From contig JBASUY010000030.1 in the NCBI GenBank assembly GCA_049275655.1, forward strand, positions 78,446 to 142,445: a DNA stretch of 64,000 bases, written 5' to 3'. Source of the stretch: Candidatus Omnitrophota bacterium (GTDB lineage Bacteria > Omnitrophota > Gorgyraeia > Gygaellales > Profunditerraquicolaceae). The translations under genes were made by a program, and so were the position numbers. This document shows, piece by piece, positions 19,036 through 28,068 of the stretch. Numbering within the stretch: the first letter of the stretch is position 1; each line of letters opens with the position of its first letter. The notes under the pieces are model-generated. The model had not been told where the DNA came from, did not search any database, and saw only the letters and a list, made by a program, of their open reading frames with translations.

Positions 19036-19275
19036 TTATTTGTTGGCGCTCTTCTCTTCAATATACTTAATAGCATCAGCGACCTTAGATATCTTTTCAG
19101 CGTCCTCATCAGGTATCTCAATGCCAAACTCTTCTTCTAAGGCCATGACAAGCTCTACCGTATCCAAAGAATCTGCTCCTAAATCATCTACAAAAGAAGC
19201 CTCGGGTGTAACCTCTTCGGGTTTAACTCCTAACTGCTCTGCTATAATTGACTTAACTTTTTCTTGAACTGACAT
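19036..19275 (-). CDS. acpP: acyl carrier protein
   Basis: [20 protein letters not shown] phosphopantetheine-attachment motif, 79 aa. Confidence 0.93.
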   Translation of the reverse strand: MSVQEKVKSIIAEQLGVKPEEVTPEASFVDDLGADSLDTVELVMALEEEFGIEIPDEDAEKISKVADAIKYIEEKSANK

Positions 19276-19294
19276 TCTTTTTTCCTCCTTGTTT

Positions 19295-20038
19295 TTATGC
19301 CATCACCATTCCGCCGTCTATAGTAATAACCTGCCCGGTAATATAGCTTGATTCTTCTGAGGCTAAGAATAAACAAAGGTTGGCAACATCCTCAGGTACC
19401 CCTAACTTTGCCATAGGAATAGCCTCCAGCATCTTTTTTTTCACATCCTCCGGAAGCTTAGCAGTCATATCAGTCTGGATAAAACCCGGGGCAACTGCAT
19501 TAGCATTGATATTACGGGTGGCAAACTCTTTTGCCACGGTTTTAGTAAGAGCAATTATCCCTGCTTTAGAGGCGGCATAATTTGCCTGCCCCCAATTACC
19601 CATAAGCCCAATTATGGAAGCGATATTTACTATCTTGCCGCTTCTCTGCTTGATCATGGGGCGGGAGACAGCCTTAATGCAATTAAAAGTACCTTTTAGG
19701 TTTACACTTATAACTGCATCCCACTCTGCCTGAGACATCCTGATAAGGAGATTATCCTTATTAATCCCGGCATTGTTAACTAATATATCAACCTTTCCAA
19801 ATTTGTCAAGAATTTTGTTCACCCCTTCTTCTACTTTTGCGTAATCAGTAACATCCAACTCTAAAGCCATGGCTTTTCTGCCTAAACTCTCAATTTCAGA
19901 GGCAGTCTTGGCAGCTAAATCAAGGTTTAAATCTGCAACAACAATATCCGCACCCTCTTTAGCAAAGGTTAAGGCAATTGCCCTGCCAATGCCTTGGGCA
20001 GACCCAGTTATAAAAGCAACCTTATCTTTTAGTCTCAT
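19295..20038 (-). CDS. fabG: 3-oxoacyl-ACP reductase
   Basis: SDR family ([19 protein letters not shown]), 247 aa, between fabD and acpP. Confidence 0.9.
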   Translation of the reverse strand: MRLKDKVAFITGSAQGIGRAIALTFAKEGADIVVADLNLDLAAKTASEIESLGRKAMALELDVTDYAKVEEGVNKILDKFGKVDILVNNAGINKDNLLIRMSQAEWDAVISVNLKGTFNCIKAVSRPMIKQRSGKIVNIASIIGLMGNWGQANYAASKAGIIALTKTVAKEFATRNINANAVAPGFIQTDMTAKLPEDVKKKMLEAIPMAKLGVPEDVANLCLFLASEESSYITGQVITIDGGMVMA

Positions 20039-20045
20039 ATTGACT

Positions 20046-20101
20046 CTCCTTGTTATAAATTCTAGGGGCAGTCCCTATTTCACTGTGGGAGCAGTCCCTG
20101 C
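20046..20101 (-). repeat. Copy 3 of the palindromic element fused to the fabG SD, with an extra tandem half-copy
   Basis: Minus-strand sense GCAGGGACTGCTCCCACAGTGAAATAGGGACTGCCCCTAGAATTTATAACAAGGAGAG, then the ATG. Confidence 0.55.
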
Positions 20102-20109
20102 TATAATAC

Positions 20110-21030
20110 TTAGTTAGATAAATTTAAAATATCCGATGCTTTTTCTATATTTATTACCTTAGCAGATGGTTCTATCTTCCTCATCAAGCCTTTAAGAACC
20201 TTGCCCGGGCCAAATTCAATAAAATCGCTTATGCCTTTAGATAATATATACCTCATTGAATCTTCCCACCTAACTGGAGAATAAATCTGGGAAGCTAAGT
20301 TATCTTTAATTTGAAGAGGATCTACTTGTATATCTGCCGTAAAATTACTTACCACAGGAACAAGCGCATTTTTAATGTTAGTATTCTCTAAAACTTTTTT
20401 TAACCCGGTTGCGGCCTCAAGCATAAATGAAGAATGAAATGCTCCGCTTACCTCTAATGGAATAGCCCTCTTAGCGCCTGCCTCAAGAGAAAGCTCAATA
20501 GCCTTATCTATTTGAACGGGACTGCCGGTTATAACAACCTGCCCAGGGCAATTAAGATTAGCTATCTGTGCTTCAGACTCTGAGCAGATATCTTTTATTT
20601 TTTCTAAGGGCAAATCCAAAATTGCCGCCATCTTCCCGGGAAATTTCTTAGAAGCACCCTCCATTAACTCTCCGCGCGCCTTAATCAATCGGATCCCATC
20701 TTCAAAGCTAATACTCTCGGTAGCTATCAAAGCGCTATACTCCCCTAAGCTCAAACCCGCCATATAGTTAGATTTAATACCACTCTTTGCCTTAAAAGAT
20801 TCAAAAGCAGCGATGCTAACAGTTACAATAGCCGGCTGGGATATATTAGTCGCTTTTAATTTATCTTCCGGGCCTTCAAAACAAATTTGCTTTAAATCAA
20901 AACCTAATAATTTTTGAGCCCTATCAAAGATAGATTTTGCCTCAGGAAAACTATCGTAAAGCTCTCTTCCCATGCCTACGTATTGAGAGCCTTGCCCGGC
21001 AAAGAGAAATGCTGCCTTATCCATCTTCAT
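20110..21030 (-). CDS. fabD: malonyl CoA-ACP transacylase
   Basis: FAGQGSQ and GLSLGEYSAL active-site Ser motif, 306 aa. Confidence 0.9.
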   Translation of the reverse strand: MKMDKAAFLFAGQGSQYVGMGRELYDSFPEAKSIFDRAQKLLGFDLKQICFEGPEDKLKATNISQPAIVTVSIAAFESFKAKSGIKSNYMAGLSLGEYSALIATESISFEDGIRLIKARGELMEGASKKFPGKMAAILDLPLEKIKDICSESEAQIANLNCPGQVVITGSPVQIDKAIELSLEAGAKRAIPLEVSGAFHSSFMLEAATGLKKVLENTNIKNALVPVVSNFTADIQVDPLQIKDNLASQIYSPVRWEDSMRYILSKGISDFIEFGPGKVLKGLMRKIEPSAKVINIEKASDILNLSN

Positions 21031-21033
21031 TTA

Positions 21034-22011
21034 TTACCAATTTATAACGCAGGCACCCCAGACTAACCCTGCGCCAAAACAATCAAGGAGAATTGTATCC
21101 CCTCTTTTAACCCTACCCTGCTTTACTGCTTCAACTAAAGCTGTAACCGTAGAAGCGCTGGACATATTCCCGTATTTTTCTATATTAAGAAAAATCTTTT
21201 CTTCGGGAATCCCGAGTTTTTTGGCTACTGCCATAATTATCCTGGAATTAGCTTGATGAGGAACTATAAGGTCAATATCCTTAAAGGTAAGCCCTGCCTG
21301 TTCTAATACTTTTTCTGCGGCCATAGTCATTGTTTTAACCGCTATCTTAAATAATTCATTCCCGCGCATCTTAAGAAAATGCATACGCTTATCCACAGTC
21401 TCATATGTCGCAGGCAAACGCGAGCCTCCGGCAGGCATATTTAATAATTCTAAGTTAGAGCCATCGCAATCCAAATAGATAGAAACTATGCCTCCGGTTT
21501 TTACCTCAGAGACAACGCATGCCCCTGCACCGTCTCCGAGTAAAACACAGGTATTACGGTCCTGCCAGTCTGTTACTGCCGAAAGCTTTTCAGCTCCGAT
21601 AACAAGGGCGTTCTTATAGGCACCGTTGGCAATAAATTGGCGCGCTACGGATAATGCATAGACAAATCCAGCACAAGCAGCAGATATATCAAAAGCTGCG
21701 GCATTCTTTATGGAGAGAGCGTTTTGCACTATAGAAGCCGTAGAAGGAAAAATAAGGTCCGGGGTAATGGTAGCGACTATTACTAAATCAATATCCTGAG
21801 GGGTTAATTTGGCATCCTTTAATGCCTCTTTGGCAGCTTTTATCGCTAAATCTGAAGTGGCTTCAGAAGAAGAGGCAATCCTACGTTCCTTTATCCCTGT
21901 TCTTGTGGTAATCCATTCGTCGGTGGTATCAACCATCTTTTCAAGGTCCGCATTAGTTAAAACCTTTGGCGGCAAATACTCACCTACCCCGATTATACCA
22001 ACCTTGCGCAT
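21034..22011 (-). CDS. fabH: 3-oxoacyl-ACP synthase III
   Basis: Cys-His-Asn triad context (AACAGF, HQAN, GNMSSAS), 325 aa. Confidence 0.9.
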   Translation of the reverse strand: MRKVGIIGVGEYLPPKVLTNADLEKMVDTTDEWITTRTGIKERRIASSSEATSDLAIKAAKEALKDAKLTPQDIDLVIVATITPDLIFPSTASIVQNALSIKNAAAFDISAACAGFVYALSVARQFIANGAYKNALVIGAEKLSAVTDWQDRNTCVLLGDGAGACVVSEVKTGGIVSIYLDCDGSNLELLNMPAGGSRLPATYETVDKRMHFLKMRGNELFKIAVKTMTMAAEKVLEQAGLTFKDIDLIVPHQANSRIIMAVAKKLGIPEEKIFLNIEKYGNMSSASTVTALVEAVKQGRVKRGDTILLDCFGAGLVWGACVINW

Positions 22012-22029
22012 TATTCAATTTCCCCTTAA

Positions 22030-23019
22030 TTAATTATACTTAATAGCTTCTAATATCTTATCATTGACCTTGCGTTTTATCTGCTCATTGGCTACCCTAA
22101 CAGCATTCTTTATTGCCCGGGCATTAGAACGGCCATGCCCAATAATGACTACGCCATTTACCCCTAAAAGAGGCGCGCCTCCGTATTCGGCATAATCAAT
22201 ATCTTTTTTAAAGCGCTTTAGGCTCGGCAAAAGAAAAAATAAACCAATCTTTCCCATAAGGTTACTTAAAAGATGCCTTTTTAAAAAGGTCTGCATTGCC
22301 TCTGCCGCGCTCTCCGAAACCTTTAAAGCGACATTGCCTACAAAGCCATCCGTAATAATAATATCGCTCTTGCCGCTAAATAAACTCTTGCCTTCAATAT
22401 TACCGATAAAATTAAGCCTACTCTTAGAAAGAAGCTCATGGGTATGGCGCATAAAATCAGTCCCCTTGGCCTCCTCTTCTCCGATATTTAATAGTCCCAC
22501 CGTAGGGTTATCTTTATTTAAGATATTGCGGCAATAGGCATCTGCCATAATCCCGTATTGAAGTAAATGCTTTGGCTTAGCATCTATATTTGCTCCAACG
22601 TCAATAATGAAAGATACTCCTTTTAACGCGGGGGTAACTATGCCTATACCCGGCCTCTCTACCCCCGGCAACATCCTTAACTCTAAAGTAGCCGCACAGA
22701 CTACTGCCCCGGTATTCCCGGCGCTAAAAAAAGCACCGGCTACTCCGGTTTTAATAAGGTTAAGCCCCAAGACAATTGAGGATTTTCTTTTACGGCGCAC
22801 GCTATTAGCAGCAGGCTCACACATATCTATTACCTCCGGGGCATGAAGAACCTCTATGTTGTTACCTGAATACTTTATCTTCTTTAAGAGGGGCGTTATC
22901 TTTGCCTCATCTCCGCAGAGTATAACCTCTACGCCAAACTCCCTCACAGCGGCAACTACGCCCTCTACTACAACCCTAGGCGCATGGTCCCCTCCCATTG
23001 CGTCCACAACAATCTTCAT
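22030..23019 (-). CDS. plsX: phosphate acyltransferase
   Basis: KIVVDAMGGDHAP N-terminus is typical of PlsX, 329 aa. Confidence 0.9.
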   Translation of the reverse strand: MKIVVDAMGGDHAPRVVVEGVVAAVREFGVEVILCGDEAKITPLLKKIKYSGNNIEVLHAPEVIDMCEPAANSVRRKRKSSIVLGLNLIKTGVAGAFFSAGNTGAVVCAATLELRMLPGVERPGIGIVTPALKGVSFIIDVGANIDAKPKHLLQYGIMADAYCRNILNKDNPTVGLLNIGEEEAKGTDFMRHTHELLSKSRLNFIGNIEGKSLFSGKSDIIITDGFVGNVALKVSESAAEAMQTFLKRHLLSNLMGKIGLFFLLPSLKRFKKDIDYAEYGGAPLLGVNGVVIIGHGRSNARAIKNAVRVANEQIKRKVNDKILEAIKYN

Positions 23020-23074
23020 TGCCTACCCCCCTAAACTAACCCTCTTTTTATCGATATATATACTATAACCAGGG

Positions 23075-23278
23075 CTAATTATTTCTTTTTTTCTTCTTCT
23101 TGGCTTTAATCTCTATAACCTGCTTACCCTTATAATATCCGCAGGTAGGACAAATACGATGAGCATGTTTAGGCTCCTTGCATTGAGGACAGACTGCAAG
23201 ATTGCCAGAAGATACCTTCCAATGCGTGCGGCGTTTTCTGCCACGGGTCTTTGAATGCCTTCTCTTAGGTAGAGCCAC
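23075..23278 (-). CDS. rpmF: 50S ribosomal protein L32 (Zn-ribbon form)
   Basis: MALPKRRHSKTRGRKRR N-terminus and CPQC...CPTC zinc ribbon. Confidence 0.85.
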   Translation of the reverse strand: MALPKRRHSKTRGRKRRTHWKVSSGNLAVCPQCKEPKHAHRICPTCGYYKGKQVIEIKAKKKKKRNN

Positions 23279-23678
23279 AGTTACAACCTCCTTCGTTTAA
23301 ATTCATCCCGCATTTTAAACAAAGCCCTTTACAATCAATACTACATAAAGGCTTAATCGGATAATCAAGTATTATCTCTTCTCTTATTTCGGGATCTAAG
23401 TCAATAATAGGCCTTGTTTTATCTAAGGCAAGATTAAAATTAAAAGTTTTGTCAAAATCCTTGTTAACTTCCTTAAGGCAACGGGAGCAATTAATAGCTA
23501 TCTTAGAGCTTAAGGTTAAATTTACACTAATAGCATTATAACTTTTAAAAATAAGAGCCTTAGCCTTTACCGGTAATATAAACCTTATGATATCGGTATT
23601 TAATTCAAGCTCTTTAGGATTAAAAACCTCTACAAGGGTTAATCCCTCTTGAGGTATTTGACGCGCGTCTATCTTCAC
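23265..23678 (-). CDS. yceD: YceD/DUF177 family protein (23S rRNA accumulation protein)
   Basis: C-terminal CxxC...CxxC cluster (CSIDCKGLCLKCG) and the conserved position upstream of rpmF-plsX. Confidence 0.7.
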   Translation of the reverse strand: MKIDARQIPQEGLTLVEVFNPKELELNTDIIRFILPVKAKALIFKSYNAISVNLTLSSKIAINCSRCLKEVNKDFDKTFNFNLALDKTRPIIDLDPEIREEIILDYPIKPLCSIDCKGLCLKCGMNLNEGGCNCGST

Positions 23679-23688
23679 TATCTTGTTA

Positions 23689-24198
23689 TCATAACTTAGC
23701 CTTAAGCGCTTTCTCTACAAAACCCGGGACAAAGCTTGATAAGTCCGCGCCTAAAGAGGCTGCCTCTTTAAGCAATTTAGAAGATAGGTAGCTAAAAGAT
23801 TCATGGGGCATAAGAAATATAGTCTCAATATCGCCGGATAACTTCCTATTAGTAAGCGCCATCTGAAATTCATATTCAAAATCAGAGAGCATCCTTAAGC
23901 CCCTGATTAGAACCTTAACTTTATGCTTGCGGGCATAATCAACTACTAAGCCGTCAAACTCAACTATCTTAACGCCACTTATCGTTTTAGTTGCAGTAGC
24001 AAGCATCTTTACCCTCTCAGATATGGTAAAAAATGGCTCTTTATAAGGATTGTGCGCTACCGCAACTATAACCTCGGGGAATATCCTATGGGCCCTTTTA
24101 ATTAAATCAATATGCCCATAAGTCACAGGGTCAAATGTCCCCGGATATATTGCCTTTTGAGGCGTCTTTACCATAAAATGAGACTTTCGTGTTGCCAT
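23689..24198 (-). CDS. coaD: phosphopantetheine adenylyltransferase (true start probably the internal Met at 24174)
   Basis: AIYPGTFDPVTYGH nucleotidyltransferase motif. Confidence 0.88.
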   Translation of the reverse strand: MATRKSHFMVKTPQKAIYPGTFDPVTYGHIDLIKRAHRIFPEVIVAVAHNPYKEPFFTISERVKMLATATKTISGVKIVEFDGLVVDYARKHKVKVLIRGLRMLSDFEYEFQMALTNRKLSGDIETIFLMPHESFSYLSSKLLKEAASLGADLSSFVPGFVEKALKAKL

Positions 24199-24712
24199 AA
24201 GTAGATAGCTTGAATAAAGTTAAAACTCCCAGTCGCTCTGGGAGGCTCTCTTTCTTTGGGTATTGTGCTATTATTAAACCAGCGGGCGATAATATATCAT
24301 AAGCAGCTAAGGTTTGCAAGGTTTTTTTTGCAAGAGAATCTTTTGAATATGCATAGGGTGGGTCAAAAAATATAAGATCAAACCTCTCTTCCCCCATAAA
24401 AAACTTTACAACTGCCTTCTCTGCGTCTAAGGGGATTAGGGAGTAATCAGAAGAGGGTATAAAACTTAAATTGCGATTAAGCACTTTAAAGACTGAAGAG
24501 TTATTCTCTACAAAGGTTACACTCTTAGCTCCTCTTGAAGATGCCTCTATCCCTACCGCCCCTGAGCCGGCGTATAACTCAAGAAAAGAAAGCCCATTTA
24601 TATCCCCAAGGATATCAAATATCGCCTTACGGGTTATACTTTGAGTAGGGCGTATCCCTTTAGGCTTATAAATGTTCCTTCCTTTATATTTTCCGGTAGT
24701 TATGCGTATCAT
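24131..24712 (-). CDS. rsmD: 16S rRNA (guanine966-N2)-methyltransferase
   Basis: SAM-MTase with FDLIFFDPPYA motif. Conserved rsmD-coaD pairing. Confidence 0.8.
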   Translation of the reverse strand: MIRITTGKYKGRNIYKPKGIRPTQSITRKAIFDILGDINGLSFLELYAGSGAVGIEASSRGAKSVTFVENNSSVFKVLNRNLSFIPSSDYSLIPLDAEKAVVKFFMGEERFDLIFFDPPYAYSKDSLAKKTLQTLAAYDILSPAGLIIAQYPKKESLPERLGVLTLFKLSTYGNTKVSFYGKDASKGNISGDI

Positions 24713-26781
24713 CCTACTAATATTAATTGCTCGTATTCCGGGAATCTTAAAATAAGCCGCTCTTTTAAGAGGAGGTTGTGTTTTAAGGTAAGCGCGGGAT
24801 CTAACCTTAATAACCTAATTGCTTCTTCCCGCGCTTTTTTTAGAAGCTGCATTTGCGCTAAAGGGTCTCCTATCTTAAGGTCGCTTAACCCGTGCTGGTT
24901 TTTGCCGAAAAACTCCCCCGGACCCCTAATCTTTAAATCCTCTTCTGATATACTAAACCCGTCGCTGTATTTTACCATCGCCGAAAGCCTATAATTTACA
25001 TCCTGACTATCAGAATCTGAAATAAGCAGGCAATAAGCTTGCTTACTACCCCTGCCTACCCTGCCCCGTAATTGATGCAATTGGGAGAGGCCAAAGCGCC
25101 CTGCATTTTCTATAACCATACAAGTAGCTGTGTGAATATCAATTCCAACCTCAAGAACAGTTGTAGAGACTAAAAGGTCTATCTTCTTATCCTTAAAATC
25201 CGCCATAACCTTTTCTTGCTCCTTCTGGGGTAATTTACCGTGGACTAATCCTAACCTAAACTCCTTAAAGAAGCCTGCCCGTAACTGTAAATACATCTTT
25301 TTAGCCCCCAAGATATCCAAGGCCAAAGACTCCTCAATAACAGGATAAATTATATAAGCCTGATTCCCCTTTTTTAACTCTTCAATAACTATAGAATAAG
25401 CGCTGTCGCGCTGAGTTTGGTTAAATAGCATTGTTTTACACCCTGCCCTCCCTGGAGGCGATTCATTAATCACAGAGATATCTAAGTCTCCGTAAATGGT
25501 AATTGCAAGCGTTCTAGGGATAGGGGTAGCGGTCATAATAAGCACGTCCGGGTTCTTTCCCTTGTCGGGCAAAAGTGCTCTTTGGCCTACCCCAAACTTA
25601 TGCTGTTCATCAATAACCACCAAACCTAAATTCTTAAAAACAACCTTATCCTCCAAGAGAGCGTGTGTGCCGATTATCAAATCTATTTTACCTTCGGCTA
25701 ACTTCTTTAAAATATCACCCCTCTCTTTTTGCGTCAAACTTCCGGTTAAAAGAAATACGCCCTCTTTTTTTAAATAAGAGCGTATGCTTTCGTAGTGCTG
25801 GCGGGCGAGAATCTCTGTCGGAGCCATAAGCGCTGCCTGATAGCCTCCGGCTATAGCTATGAACGCCGCCGTAGCAGCAACAATAGTCTTACCAGAGCCT
25901 ACATCCCCCTGAAGTAGCCGCTGCATAGGTTTTGAAGAGAACATATCATTTCTTATCTCTTCAAGCACTTTTTCTTGCGCCCGGGTAAGCCTAAAAGGTA
26001 GTGCCGCAATAAAAGAGCGCAGTAAAAGCTCATCTACTTTATGAGAGATGCCGGATTTTTCTTCTCTTTTTAATTTACGCAATGCCAAAGGAACCTGAAA
26101 TAAAAAGAACTCTTCAAAGGCTAAGCGCCGGTAAGACCTCTCCTGCAACGCAAAACTCTCAGGAAAATGTATATTTAGAAGGCTCTTAGGCAAGTTCTCT
26201 AAATCATTGCGCGACCTTATATCATAGGGGATAGAATCGCTTAGTTTAGGTAGATATTCATCCAAAGCGAATTTAACCAATTTACGAAAACTCCTCTGCC
26301 CCATCCCTTCAGGCAAAGCATAGACAGGAACAATCCTGCCAAGACTTAAGCTATCTTTACTATCCTCGCCTACAAACTCAAATTCAGGGTTGCTAAACTG
26401 TAACCTCCCGGCATAAAGCTCTACCTTACCATACAAGACCATATCCTTGCCCGGTTTAAGGTATCTTTTAATGTAGGGCTGATTAAACCATACACAAGAG
26501 ACCTTACCGGTGTTATCCATTACCTCTGCCTCGGTTATATTAAAACCTCTCTTACGCCAAGAGCTGCGGTCTTTTAAAGATAAGACCTTTGCCTGAATCG
26601 TAGATAACTCTCCTTTTTTTAATTCAGAGATTTTAACGTAATTTGACCTGTCTTCATAACGTTTAGGAAAATAATAAAATAAATCATAGATAGTATTGAT
26701 GCCTAAAGAAGAAAAACTTTTAGCCCTCTTTGGGCCAATGCCTTTTAAATATTGTATGGAGGTGTTTTGCGGATTACTCAT
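24709..26781 (-). CDS. recG: ATP-dependent DNA helicase RecG
   Basis: Wedge domain plus SF2 helicase motifs (GDVGSGKT, DEQHKFG, QLRGRVGRG), 690 aa. Confidence 0.92.
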   Translation of the reverse strand: MSNPQNTSIQYLKGIGPKRAKSFSSLGINTIYDLFYYFPKRYEDRSNYVKISELKKGELSTIQAKVLSLKDRSSWRKRGFNITEAEVMDNTGKVSCVWFNQPYIKRYLKPGKDMVLYGKVELYAGRLQFSNPEFEFVGEDSKDSLSLGRIVPVYALPEGMGQRSFRKLVKFALDEYLPKLSDSIPYDIRSRNDLENLPKSLLNIHFPESFALQERSYRRLAFEEFFLFQVPLALRKLKREEKSGISHKVDELLLRSFIAALPFRLTRAQEKVLEEIRNDMFSSKPMQRLLQGDVGSGKTIVAATAAFIAIAGGYQAALMAPTEILARQHYESIRSYLKKEGVFLLTGSLTQKERGDILKKLAEGKIDLIIGTHALLEDKVVFKNLGLVVIDEQHKFGVGQRALLPDKGKNPDVLIMTATPIPRTLAITIYGDLDISVINESPPGRAGCKTMLFNQTQRDSAYSIVIEELKKGNQAYIIYPVIEESLALDILGAKKMYLQLRAGFFKEFRLGLVHGKLPQKEQEKVMADFKDKKIDLLVSTTVLEVGIDIHTATCMVIENAGRFGLSQLHQLRGRVGRGSKQAYCLLISDSDSQDVNYRLSAMVKYSDGFSISEEDLKIRGPGEFFGKNQHGLSDLKIGDPLAQMQLLKKAREEAIRLLRLDPALTLKHNLLLKERLILRFPEYEQLILVG

Positions 26782-26788
26782 CGAAGTT

Positions 26789-26818
26789 ATTATACTATCT
26801 TGATTAATATGCCTGCAA
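26789..26818 (-). promoter_or_regulatory. Candidate sigma70 promoter for recG (TTGCAG-18-TATAAT), near-leaderless
   Basis: -10 TATAAT at 26789-26794 (minus-strand sense) sits 7 nt upstream of the recG ATG. -35 TTGCAG at 26813-26818. No SD. Confidence 0.4.
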
Positions 26819-26993
26819 GAGAAATAACCTAAAGCTAAAGCCCCCTAATTGGCCTATGGATAGTAAAAAATATAATTTAAGGTGGGCTTGATTTTTATAG
26901 ATAAATATGGCATACTTCATCTGCAGGTGAAAAGCAAACCTATAGCAAGGAGGCTCAAGAGTAGATAGCGAAAGCCAAAAGGCCTATCACCTA

Positions 26994-27025
26994 CAAAAAA
27001 CCCCGAAAAAATTCGGGGTTTTTTG
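26994..27025 (-). terminator. Rho-independent (bidirectional-looking) terminator after dusB
   Basis: AAAAAACCCCGAA-AAAA-TTCGGGGTTTTTT perfect hairpin with A and T runs on both sides, 8 nt after the dusB stop. Confidence 0.8.
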
Positions 27026-27032
27026 TTTATAA

Positions 27033-28028
27033 CTAACATCTTACCTCTGATTGAGCGGATTTCTTAAAAATTTGAAGCAATTCCTGCTTTGATTTTGCCC
27101 TTGAGGAGGCCTCTCTTAAAGGCCTGACCTTCCGAAAACCCTTTGTATACCAACTAAAAAACTTACGAAAAAGGATAACTCCGTTTTTTTCACCGTAAAA
27201 ATCTACCGAGGCATCTAAATGCTCAGTCATAACTTTTATCACTGACTCTATATTAGGTTTAGGCAAAACTTTACCTGATTTTATATATTCTTTTATCTCC
27301 TTGAATATCCAAGGATTCCCTAAAGAGCCACGCGCTACTGCCAAACCATCACAGCCTGTCTCTTGAAACATCTTACTGGCAAACTCTGCGGATAAAACAT
27401 CCCCACTGGCAATAACCGGAATAGACAAAACCCTCTTTACTTTTTTTATTATTTTATAATCAACGCTACCGCTATACCCTTGGACCTTGGTCCTTCCGTG
27501 AATAAAGACTGCGCTTGCCCCGGCATCTTCTGCAGCTAAAGCTACCTCTTTAGCATTAATTGTATCCTTATCCCAACCCGAACGGATCTTAAGCGTAACA
27601 GGCCAAGGTGAACTTTTTACTACCACCTTCAATAGCTTAATAAGTTTTTTAGGCTCCCTCATAAGCGCTACGCCTTCTCCTCTGCGTACTACCTTCTTTG
27701 CCGGGCAAGCAGAATTAAAATCAAGAATATCAAATTTGTAACCTTTTAATACATCGATGGCTTTTAGGATAAACTTCTCTTCGCACCCTAATATCTGTAC
27801 GCCTAAAGGAGTATCTTCTTTTATAGAAGTAAGCATAAAAGCAGTCCTTTTGCTTTTATAGGAGATAGAACGGCAGTTAATCATCTCTACAAAACCTAAT
27901 TCTACCCCAAACCTACGGTTAAGCATCCTAAAAGGAAGATCGCTAATCCCCGCCATAGGAGCTAATATAAGGTTGGATTTTAAATTAAAGGTGCCTATAC
28001 TGAGCATATTCAAAAAAAGTAGGGGCAC
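27033..28028 (-). CDS. dusB: tRNA-dihydrouridine synthase (start ambiguous; alternative Met at 28007)
   Basis: LAPMAGISDLPFR FMN-binding motif, TIM-barrel Dus family, 331 aa. Confidence 0.85.
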   Translation of the reverse strand: MPLLFLNMLSIGTFNLKSNLILAPMAGISDLPFRMLNRRFGVELGFVEMINCRSISYKSKRTAFMLTSIKEDTPLGVQILGCEEKFILKAIDVLKGYKFDILDFNSACPAKKVVRRGEGVALMREPKKLIKLLKVVVKSSPWPVTLKIRSGWDKDTINAKEVALAAEDAGASAVFIHGRTKVQGYSGSVDYKIIKKVKRVLSIPVIASGDVLSAEFASKMFQETGCDGLAVARGSLGNPWIFKEIKEYIKSGKVLPKPNIESVIKVMTEHLDASVDFYGEKNGVILFRKFFSWYTKGFRKVRPLREASSRAKSKQELLQIFKKSAQSEVRC

Positions 28029-28050
28029 ACTAACTTCTAAGGTGCCCCCA
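28012..28050 (-). terminator. Rho-independent terminator after pgi
   Basis: GGGGGCACC-loop-GTGCCCC followed by TACTTTTTTTG in the minus-strand sense. Overlaps the annotated dusB start. Confidence 0.65.
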
Positions 28051-28068
28051 TAAAAATAAAATTATCCT

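Noticed and set aside
436-20101. CRISPR array or mobile element as an explanation for the GGGACNGTCCC repeats
   Set aside because: There are only three dispersed copies, each locked to a start codon. There is no regular repeat-spacer periodicity, and no transposase, integrase or cas gene anywhere in the window.
26782-27032. tRNA or tmRNA gene in the 250-bp recG-dusB spacer
   Set aside because: No GTTCRANYC T-loop or acceptor-stem pairing could be found on either strand.
27033-28028. Alternative shorter dusB start at 28007
   Set aside because: Not rejected outright. The longer ORF start lies inside the pgi terminator hairpin, so the true start may be the Met at 28007. It cannot be decided without homolog alignment, and the longer coordinates are reported.
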